A DNA stretch of 21,032 bases from Amoebophrya sp. A120 (lineage: Eukaryota; Protista; Dinoflagellata), in the NCBI GenBank assembly GCA_905178155.1, contig CAJINV010000039.1, positions 27,159 to 48,190 on the forward strand, written 5' to 3'. Below the pieces are notes generated by a model. The model saw only the letters and a list, made by a program, of their open reading frames with translations. It searched no databases and was not told where the DNA came from. Made by a program: the position numbers and the translations under genes. Positions 6,621-16,715 of the stretch are shown piece after piece; within the stretch, counting starts at the first letter, position 1, and each line of letters starts with the position of its first letter.

Positions 6621-9600
6621 ATGACCGCTGCACCATTTTCAGCTTGTGTAGACCTCCGCGTCAGGGACGAGTCCGCTACCGAAAACGAGCTGCACAACGC
6701 ACCGCGCGGCGTGGGACGCCAGGAATCAGTTGAGGTTCTGCATCCCCGGCAAGATGGCGATGTCGATCGCTGCGTCACAGTTTTCAACCTTGCTGGCGAT
6801 CCAGTCTGCCGAATCAAACGCCCATCCAAAGCAGTAAATGATCCGCACGGCCTGGATAGCGCAGTCAGCACGTCCGATGTTGCAAAGCATGGAGGTTTCC
6901 CTTCGAGCCTTTCGAAACAGAAAAATTCTATCAAGGAACGGAATGCATCCGAAAGAATTGCAGCGAAAGAGATCGACGCCACCTCGCTAGCTCCTGACTC
7001 GAGGCTGTTGCTGCGAAACATAATGGAGAAAGTCGAAGCAGCCACCGGCTACGCCGCCGACGACTACTCGTACTTTTGGCATTACGAAAAGAACCAGAAA
7101 AAAAGCGAAGCCGGCACATCGTCTTCTCATGTTGTCGAGCAAGCCGACGACGATCACAAGCAGTTGGCCGCTGAGGACGCTGCAGATGACTCATCAAAGC
7201 TTGACTTTTTCTATGATCCACTACTACCAATTCCAGAAGAGGTCGCAATGCTGTCTGTCATTTTTGACAAACGCGCTTCAGAAGCCCTAGAGTGGGTGTC
7301 TGAGCATGTAGAGCAGGAAGTCAAATGTTCTTTTGACGATAGCATCAACTGTGGTGGATACGTTCCTGAGCAGGCAGCTTTTTTGGTCGAGGATCGCGAC
7401 CAAGGGCCGAAGCACGAACAGGAGCGCGAACAATTGCAAGCGGATTCCGAGGAGGCCAATGTCAGCGACCCGACAAGAGGTGGACGACCGTACTACCTTG
7501 TTGCGGTTGTACAGCGAAGGTATCCCGAGTACCGCAAGAACGAATCATTTTTGGCGAAATTTCTAACAACTGCCATGCCGATGTTTCTCGCCCCGTCACT
7601 GAATCCGCTGTCCCTGCCGTGGGATTTTGCGCGCCTCTTTGCCTCAAGCAAGAAGCGTGCACTTGTTGCATGCAAAGCCAATGGACTTGCGTTGAAGCAT
7701 TTGTGCTCTGCACTTCGCGATGACGTGGAGGTTGTGCGCACGGCGGTTTCCTGCGACTGGCGAGCGTTGCAGTATGCCTCAGAACGGGTTCGGGAAATGG
7801 CCGATGCTCAGACTGTTTCCGACGCGGCGCGTCAGTGCGGGTGGGCCTTAAAGTACTTCGCAGCCGACTCGAAAGCAAGTCCTGAATTGGTCCGAACTTG
7901 CGTTCGGCATAAGCCTTGGGCGATTCAGTATGCCTCCGAGGGCCTTTGGGACGACAACGACACCATGGCCTGCGTGGCTAAAATAGACGGCCTTCCTGCT
8001 CTGAAGTACGCGTCACACCGATTACGAGCCAGCGAATGGCTGGTGAGGCTAGCGGTGCAGACCAACGGGCTAGCAATCAAGTTCGCCTGCAGCGAGGCTC
8101 GGGCGAATTACGAGATCGCACTTCTTGCCGTTCGTAATAATCCATACGCAGTCCGGTACTTGGCGCAGGAGCTGCGCCGAACCAATCGCGAGCTTCTCTG
8201 CACAGCCCTCGACGTCTACACAAAGAATGAGGAGAAGCGAGCCGCCCTTGATGACGTCTACGGGCAGAAATTTTTCTGCGAGAATCTGCACTACAGCGCT
8301 GTCACGTGTAACCGCGGGCCGTGGCACTGGTTTCACGAGTGGGACGGACGGCATCTAAAGCATGTGGATTTTAGTGGGCTTGTTGAGCATCATTGTGACT
8401 CCTGGTGTCGTGAACACCATCCCTCACATCGCGAGGCGGACCCACCTCATCACGAAGACCATTCTGCAAGTCAGGACGAGCCTGCACAGGTTCTTGATTT
8501 GCAAAACGGAAACGAAATGCACGCGAATCTTCCGGATGGGGACCTCGCCCGCACTCACGGTGCTGAGCCGCCTCCAGAGCTCGGACTAGAAATCTTGTCC
8601 AGTGCTAGTCGAGAGCTACGAGACGACGAAGAATTTGTGACGCTTTGTCTTGAAGCGAGTCCTGCGTGCTTCAAATTTGCGAGCTCCAGAATCCGAAGTA
8701 GCGGTCGCTTTGCTACTCACGCCGTTCGAAAATTTTGCAAGGGGGATATTCTGGTGGAACTATCTCCTGACGCTGGAGGCAGCGATTTGATTGACAGATA
8801 TGACGAGCGCAGAGAGCTTACTGATGCGTGTCCAGTGCGGTTTGCCAGCGAACATCTACGAGCCGACGCATCCTTTCTGCGAGCACTGCTTTTCGATGAG
8901 AATATACCAATGTCCTCCCTAGAAGCTACAATCATCCTCTCCCACGCGGACGAGAAAGCAAAGGCAGCTTTCTACGGACATGACGTAGAGTTGTCGACGC
9001 AATTTGCACAGCGGTATCCGACTGCGCTTCGGTGGATGCCCCGAAGCTTCAGGCTGGATCGAGAAATAGCGCTGCAAGCGGTTCGCGCAAACGGGGAAGC
9101 GATCAAATACTTCGGAAGCCGCATCAAATCTGATCGCGAGATAGGTTTGATGGCCGTTTCTCATGAAATGGAAAATGTTGTCTGCCCCTGGACATTCGAA
9201 TACCTGCACAAGCGTCTACGCCGCGATGAAGGTATTGTGCGCGCTGCGATCTGCAGAAATGGACGCTCCCTTCGCCACGCATCCCGATATCTGCGTGGTA
9301 CTCCTGAAATCGCTTTTCTTGCTGTGTCAAAAGTACCCCGCGGAATTCAAAAAATATCGGTGCTCAGTTGTTTTTGTACGTCTCAAGATCGCGCATTGTC
9401 TGGACAGGATGCATGCATGATTGAAAAATACAAGTATTGCAGACGCTAGAGTAGATCTCTCAAAGCTGTATCGATGCAGTTGTCCTTTTTGTAAACTACA
9501 ATAAACACAACGAGAAGTTCCACAGCCTTTCGAAATTATGAGAATCCGATATTTTTGCATGCTATGACGTAACGGAAATGCGTACAGCCAAGTCAATTTC

Positions 9601-10062
9601 AACCACTTCGAGGAAGTAGCGCCCATCGACAGCCAGAGAGATCTTGCACGACTTGCAATTCGCAATGGGTTGAGCTGTGCCACTAGTCTGTACGCGGCTC
9701 TCGAGTTGTGCAATTGGGAGCGCGCTCTTGTCTTTGTTGCACTTCAAAACTGTGGCACCCTCTTTGATGGCCAGATTGAAAGATTGCCTGCGGAACTTAT
9801 GATGGATCACGAAATTATTTGTTGGGCGCTCAAAAAAAGTCCCTTTCCAACTGGCCTGTGGTCGTTGGAAGCAGAGCAGCGCGGTGTCAAAGAGTACGTT
9901 CTCCTCGCCGTTGCCCGGTATCCCTACGCCATCGCCTTTGCATCAAAGGAGATGCAGTGCCACCCGGAGGTTTTGAAGCTTCAGCGCGAGAAGTGGGGGC
10001 ATGTGAATTTGATGGACAAGCATTGGCGCTTTGCACTGCCAGTCGCGATGACGCGCCTCTGA
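6621..10062 (+). CDS. DUF4116-repeat protein, paralogue B1; join(6621..~9332,~9571..10062), ~1067 aa; putative ubiquitin-like N-terminus
   Basis: Long ORF with DUF4116-like repeats (ACKANGLALKHLCSALRDDVEVVRTAV; DREIALQAVRANGEAIKYFGSRIKSDREIGLMAV). The last exon begins before the ORF-track start (aac gga aat gcg tac = NGNAY at 9571) and is homologous to the last exon of A. The ORF tail after 9332 is frameshifted relative to B2, so it is non-coding. Confidence 0.85.
9333..9570 (+). other. Intron of B1 (~238 nt, non-AG 3' end, boundaries +/-3 nt)
   Basis: Starts GTACCC after AVSK. An in-frame TGA at 9565-9567 forces the acceptor to ~9567-9571, where there is no AG. Perfect 11 bp inverted repeat AAAAATATCGG (9350-9360) / CCGATATTTTT (9546-9556). 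Confidence 0.7.
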
Positions 10063-11802
10063 TTTACAGTGAGCCGCGATCGGGTATTAATCAAGCTCTG
10101 AGTGTGTAAGTAAGCAACGGTAAACCAGGACTAGAGTTCGGAAAACTTTTGGACCTTTTGTTACTCTCTGACGTACTTTATACCATTGTAGAGATGACAA
10201 ATAACAGTACTCGACTTCATAGCGCAATTGGGTTGATCCTGCTTCGTTTCCAGTGAAAATGTACAGCAAAAACGAAACTGCTGCTCTTGCAACTGGCTTC
10301 TCGTCCAGCCACTCCATGCGAGAGAAAGTGCCAGCCAGACGTGGAAAATTCTCTAATTTGCTCTGGCAAACTGATTATTGTGACCAGCTATTTTTTATAA
10401 CAGGTATTAGCAGTCCGTGGAAAATGTGAGAGGCCTATAGCCACAGCTTGACTTTCGGATCGTGCACTAGGTACATCGAAGATGAAGATATCTTATCACG
10501 TTTTGAAAGATGAAGTGTGAGTCCAGGAAGTGAACCCTGAATCCGGAAATTTTCTTCCTTTGGCTCTGAATATGAAAAAAAATCTGACTTAGTAGTCCAA
10601 TCCCCTTCACGCGCCGGCAGGTGAATTCGTGGTTCTTGAGCTCCTTTGACGCCTTGTTGTCGTATGCTCAAGGACATCGAACAGCAGCGCTTAACAGTGT
10701 TCAGGCGTCACAGGTGTAGGAGATGATCTCTTCTGACGCTGATCCGGTGCGAAGATACTTAACTTCGCTGTCATCTGCAATGGCTTCGTATCCTCAAAGA
10801 TCCAGCATCGGACACGGAATAAAGCAGAGCTACCTTCCCGAAAAATAGAACTTACTAACTTGGGTATTCACGGCGCAAGCTGGAGCTGTCCTCGCCGAGA
10901 TCAGGATCATTAATTTTTGTGATGTCAATTATAGGCTGCTCCAGATAATCAAAGCGCTCTCCGAAGTTACACAACGAACAAGACAAAATTGCATCGCAGA
11001 TGCAGTTTTGTTGCTGTCAGCGACAAAATACTGAGTTACGGGAGCAGGCACTTTGATCGCGTGATCAGTTGCCGCATGCACACACGTTCGGCATTTTGTT
11101 GCAGAAGAATGGATGCTTATAGCTGTTTCTGGTAGTTCGTGATCACAAGGAAGATCTCTACAACATCTCTGCTGCTCGCAGCGATATGATTACTTTCGCG
11201 TTGTGGAGGGGGTTTGGATAGGAAAAAAACACTCTTGAAATTTTTGCAATTATTACACGGTATTTCAGGTCCCGCCGCTTTTCCACCTGCGCCTGCCTGG
11301 TTCCGTCATCTTCATGACTCACTCTCACATTTATGGAAGTGCGCCACGCAATATAGTGTGGCCTCAAAAAGTCTTCGAGGGGTGCTTGTCTTTGATCTTT
11401 CTCCGATCCTCATGAGTTTAGGATGGCAGATAAAATATTTTGGTTATATTTTTGTTCTTCAACCGACTGCCCGATACGTCAATCCGAAAGGCGCAGGACA
11501 GCTTGCGTGTTTAGACTCAGCATATTATTTTTCCGTTGCTCTTTCTCGTGCTATGTGGGGTGAGAAAAAAAAGTGCGCATGCGCATCTTATCAAAGATAT
11601 AATGCAACAGCGAGCTTAATGGAAGACCTTGCTCCGTAGAACCACAAGAAGAGCGCCTTAACCTTACCAGTTTCGCTGCTGGACATGTTGATGATACTGG
11701 CAAATACTTATAGATTTGTAGGTATCCACACACTATTGTCGGTGATATGGATTGGTGCTATGAACTGCAACAGCGAGTATTGAGTATTGCGCCTTTTGCA
11801 AA

Positions 11803-14800
11803 ATGACCGCTGCACCATTTTCAGCTTGTGTAGACCTCCGCGTCAGGGACGAGTCAGCTACCGAAAACGAGCTGCACAACGCACCGCCCGGTGTGGGACA
11901 TCAGGAATCAGTTAAGGTTCTCCATCCCCGGCAACATGGCGATATCGATCGCTGCGTCACAGTTTTCAACCTTGCTGGCGACCCAGTCTGCCGAATCAAA
12001 CGCCCATCCCAACCAGTAAATGATTCGCGCGGCCTGGATAGCGCAGTCAGCACGTCCGGGGTTGCAAAGCATGGAGGTTTGCCTTCGAGTCTTTTGAAAC
12101 TGAAAAATTCTATCGAAGAACGGAATGCGTCCGAAAGCATCCCAGCGAAAGAGATCGTCGAGCCCAGCTCACTAGCTTCTGACTCGAGGCTTATTTTGCT
12201 GCGAAACATAATGGAGAAAGTCGAAGCAGCCACCGGCTACGCCGCCGAGGACCACAGGTACTTTTGGCATTACGAAAAGGGCCAGGAAAAAAGCGAGACC
12301 GGCGCGTCGTCTTCTCATGATGTTGTCGAGGAAGACGACGACGATCACGAGCAGCTGCCTGAGTACGCTGCAGAAGACTTATCAAAGCTTGACTTTTTCT
12401 ATGATCCACTACTACCAATTCCAGAAGAGGTCGCAATGTTGTCTGTCATTTTTGACAAACGCCCTTCAGAGACCCTAGAGTGGGTGTCTGAGCATGTAGA
12501 GCAGGAAATCCCCTTTTCTTTTCGCGATAGCATCCGCTGTGATGCTGGCTACGTTCCTGAGCAGGCAGCTTTTTTGGTGGAGGATCGCGACCAAGGGGCG
12601 AAGCACGAACAGGAGCGCAAACAATTGCAATCGGATTCTGAGGAGGCCAATGTCAGCGACCCAACAAGAGATGGACGACACAACTACCTCCTTGCGGTTG
12701 TAGAGCGCAAGTATCCCGAGTACCGCAAGAACGAATCATTTTTGGCGAAATTTCTAACGACTGCCATGCCGATGTTTCTTGCCCCATGTCTGAATCCGCT
12801 GTCCCTGCCGTGGGATTTGGCGAGCCTCTTTGCCTCAAGTAAGCAGCGCGCACTTGTTGCATGCAAGGCCAATGGACTTGCGTTGAAGCATTTGTGCTCT
12901 GCACTTCGCGATGACGTGGAGGTTGTGCGCACTGCGGTTTGCTGCGACTGGCGAGCGTTGCAGTATGCCTCAGAACGGGTTCGGGAAATGGCCGATGCTC
13001 AGACTGTTTCCGACGCGGCGCGTCAGTGCGGGTGGGCCTTAAAGTACTTCGCAGCCGACTCAAAAGCAAGTCCTGAATTGGTCCGAACTTGCGTTCGGCA
13101 TAAGCCTTGGGCGATTCAGTATGCCTCCGAGGGCCTTTGGGACGACAACGACACCATGGCCTGCGTGGCTAAAACAGACGGCCTTCCTGCTCTGAAGTAC
13201 GCGTCACGCCGATTACGAGCCAGCGAATGGCTGGTGAGGCTAGCGGTGCAGACCAACGGGCTAGCAATCAAGTTCGCCTGCAGAGAGGTTCGGGCGAATT
13301 ACGAGATCGCACTTCTTGCCGTCCGCAATAATCCATATGCAGTTCGGTACTTGGCGCATGAGCTGCGCCGAACCAATCGCGAGCTTCTCCGCACAGCACT
13401 CGACGTCTACGCAAATAATGAGGAGAAGCGCGCCGCCCTTGATGACGTCTACGGGCAGAAATTTTTCTGCGAGAATCTGCACTACAGCGTTATCACGTGT
13501 CACCGCGGGCCGTGGCAGTGGTTTCCCGAGTGGGACGGACGGCATCTAAAGCATGTGGATTTTCGCGGGCTTGTTGAGCATCATTCTGACTCCTGGTGTC
13601 GTGAACACCATCACTCACAGTGCGAGGCGGACCCACCTCATCACGAAGACCACTCTGCAGGTCAGAACGAGCTTGCGCAGGTTCTTGATTCGCAAAACGG
13701 AAACGAAATGCACGCGAACCTTCCGGAGGCGGACCTCGCCCGCACTCCCGGCGCCCAGCCGCCTCGAGAGCTCGGAATAGAAATCTTGTCCAGTGCTAGT
13801 CGAGAGCTACGAGACGACGAAGAATTTGTGACTCTTTGTCTTGAAGCGAGTCCCGCGTGCTTCGAATTTGCGAGCTCCAGAATCCGAAGTAACGGTCGCT
13901 TTGTTGCTCACGCCGTTCGAAAATTTTGCAAGGGGGATATTCTGGCAGAAGAACCTTGTGACGCTGGAGGCAGCTCCTTGGCAGACAGAGAGTACGAACG
14001 CAGAGAGATAACTGATGCGTGTCCAATGCGGTTTGCTTGCGAACGTCTGCGAGCCGACGCATCCTTCCTGCGAGCAGTGCTTTTCGATGAGAATATACCA
14101 ATGTCCTCCCTAGAAGCTACAATCATCCTCTCCCACGCGGACGAGAAAACAAAGGCAGCTTTCTACGGAGAAGACGTAGAGTTGTCGACGCAATTTGTCC
14201 AGCGGTATCCGACTGCACTTCGGTGGATGCCTCGAGGCTTCAGGCTGGATCGAGAAATAGCACTTCAAGCGGTTCGCGCAAACGGGGAAGCGATCAAATA
14301 CTTCGGCAGCCGCATTAAATCTGATCGCGAGGTAGGTTTCATGGCCGTTTCTCATGAAATGGAAAATATTTTCTGCCCCTGGACACTCGAATACCTGCAC
14401 AAGCGTCTACGCCGCGATGAGGGTATTGTGTGCGCTGCGATTTGCAGAAATGCAAATTCCCTTCGCCACGCATGCCGATATCTCCGAGGTACTCCTGAAA
14501 TCGCTTTTCTGGCTGTGTCAAAAGTATCCCGCGGACTTCAAAAATATCGGTGCTCACTTGTTTTTGTGCGCCGCAATGTCGCGCATTGTCTGGACAGGAT
14601 GCATGCATGGTGGAAAAATAGAACTATTGCAGACGCTAGTGTAGATCTCTCAAAGCTGTATCGATGAAGTTGTTCTTTTTGTAAACTACAATAAACTCAA
14701 CGAGAAGTTCCACAGCCTTTCAAAATTATGAGAGCCCGTTATTTTTGCATGCCATGACGTGACGGAAATGCGTACAGCCAAGTCAACTTCAACCACTTCG

Positions 14801-15252
14801 GGGAAGTAGCGCCCATCGACAGCCAGAGAGATCTTGCACGACTTGCAATTCGCAATGGGTTGAGCTGTGCCACTAGTCTGTACAAGGCTCTCGAGTTGTG
14901 CAATTGGGAGCGCGCTCTTGTCTTCGTTGCACTTCAAAACTGTGGCACCCTCTTTGGCGAGTTTGAAAGTTTGCCTGCGGAACTTATGATGGATCACGAA
15001 ATTATTTGTTGGGCGCTCAAAAAAAGTCCCTTTCCAACCGGGTTGTGGTCGTTGGAGAGAGCAGAGCAGCGCGGTGTAAAAGAGTACGTTCTCCTCGCCG
15101 TTGCCCGGTATCCCTACGCCATCGCCTTTGCATCAAAGGAAATGCAGTGCCACCCGGAGGTTTTGAAGCTTCAGCGCGAGAAATGGGGGCATGTGAATTT
15201 GATGGACAAGCATTGGCGCTTTGCACTGCCAGTCGCGATGACGCGCTTCTGA
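11803..15252 (+). CDS. DUF4116-repeat protein, paralogue B2; join(11803..~14523,~14761..15252), ~1070 aa
   Basis: Close paralogue of B1. All coding indels versus B1 are 3 nt (net +9 in exon 1; +3/-3 in exon 2). The junction reads AVSK|DGNAYSQVNFNHF. Confidence 0.85.
14524..14760 (+). other. Intron of B2 (~237 nt, non-AG 3' end, boundaries +/-3 nt)
   Basis: Starts GTATCC. In-frame TGA at 14755-14757. Inverted repeat CAAAAATATCGG / CCGTTATTTTTG with one mismatch. One nt shorter than the B1 intron. Confidence 0.7.
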
Positions 15253-15885
15253 TGTACAGTGAGCCGCGATCGGTTAATCAAATCCAGCTGTCCGCGTGTC
15301 AGTAAGCAACGTTGAACCAGGAGGACACTTCGAAAAACTTTTGGAGCCTTACACTCTGACGGAAGTGCTTTTTATTGTAGAGGTGACAAACAACAGCAAG
15401 GCAACTCAATAGCGCACTTGTGTTGATCCTGGCTCGTTTCCAGTGAAAATATACAGCAAAAACGGAATTGTGGACATACAGGATATCAAATTGTGGACAA
15501 TTATTGTTGTGGTTTTCTTGAAATCTGAGCATCTGTGGTCCATACAGGCAGGAGCAGTATTTCTGATCATTTCTCCCTATGCCAGCGCCTCCCGTGGAAC
15601 ATGATACTAATTTGATTCGGCGCCTAAGAAAACAAGATCTTGACGTGGACAAGTATGGGCAAACCAACTACGAGTGATTCTGACGCTTCATCCGGAGATC
15701 AACCATGAGGAATTTTTGACGCGCAGGCAAACTGTCACTGCTTTCGGTTGCCCTCGTCGTAGCAAGCAGCTGTTCAGTACCTAGTACGCCAGTTATATAT
15801 ACGTGACCTGGTGGTGGAAGTGGCGACGCAAGCAAAATGAAAAAAAAGAGTGAAAGCGAAATGTTCTGATCTCCGGAGGTTCTAG

Positions 15886-16280
15886 TCAGTGTAGTTCCTC
15901 GATTAGACTTGTCATCTTGAGTAGAATTATCGCGCTTCGCACGAATATTGTATGTAATTGTAACAATTTTAACCCATGTTCAGCAGTGCTCGCTTCGTCG
16001 TGAATCTTATGTAGCTTGTTCATCTCCTTGTCTGAGAAAGACCATGGATCATTGAACTTGAATCCCGCAGAAGCACAGAATGACACGACGTATAGAGGAT
16101 GAGGAAGGCGCATTTCTACAATTATCGAGGAGCTGGCTTTTTCAGCTGTGTGGCTATTGAAAACAGGAATAGCCGTAGGATGTGAGACCGAGATCCATGA
16201 AAGTTTTACCTCCTTTCACTCAATGAATTTAAAACCAATTTTTTTCGGCCTTTATCTGTTGATAAATTTTTGAAGCCGAT
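15886..16280 (-). pseudogene. Frameshifted paralogue of the gene C exon
   Basis: IGFKNLSTDKGRKKLV...SVSHPTAIPVFNSHTAEKASSSIIVEMRLPHPLYVVSFCASAGFKFNDPWSFSDKEMNKLHKIHDE is homologous to 305..622. Segment 16189-16238 is 50 nt versus 45 nt in the first copy, which breaks the frame and introduces stops. Confidence 0.45.
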
Positions 16281-16715
16281 CTTTCATAGCAGGCGCACGT
16301 AGAAAGGGAAAATGGATATCAGAACATTAAATCAGTCGTGACATTCTTACGGCATGAGATCCGCCGGCTGTAGTCAAGAAAAGTGCCCTCTCGATACAAT
16401 CCTTTTTCAATTTTTTCGCTTCTTTCAGAAGACGAAAAATTAAGTAACTGACCTGCCAGCTGCTAAGTTTTCAGCGGTCGAATACGTATTCTAGAATTTG
16501 TGCCTAAGTACATTTTCTTGACTAGAAATACCAAGCTCAGCTTCAGCCCTGCTTTATGTAAAATATTTCAGTTTCAGCCCTGTACTTCTCAGCATGCCTA
16601 TATTCGCGCAGAAGCAGGTGGAACCCCTACGCTGCTCACCTCATGATTTCTCGCGTTTTGCGCAGTCGTATGTTTTGCAAGGTCCACCAGGACGACCTAC
16701 AACCACCTTCGTCAG

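Larger units (their letters stand above)
4887..10062 (+). repeat. Copy 1 of ~5.18 kb tandem unit (spacer Y + gene B)
   Basis: Matches 10063..15252. Anchors: 6621/11803 (offset 5182) and 10062/15252. Confidence 0.95.
10063..15252 (+). repeat. Copy 2 of ~5.18 kb tandem unit (spacer Y + gene B)
   Basis: Direct repeat of 4887..10062 with scattered substitutions and small indels. Confidence 0.95.

Noticed and set aside
9333-9449. C-terminal tails of the 942 and 954 aa ORFs as real protein
   Set aside because: A 1 nt indel in the A-run makes the B1 and B2 tails unrelated peptides. They are read-through into the intron.
9333-9612. Canonical GT-AG solution ending at ttcgAG (9612) in B1
   Set aside because: B2 has ttcggg at this site, and this splice would delete the NGNAYSQVNFNH block conserved with A.
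14524-14535. U12-type intron suggested by GTATCC at the B2 donor
   Set aside because: B1 has GTACCC, the following TT is missing, and no CCTTAAC-like branch point or AG/AC end in the right phase was found.
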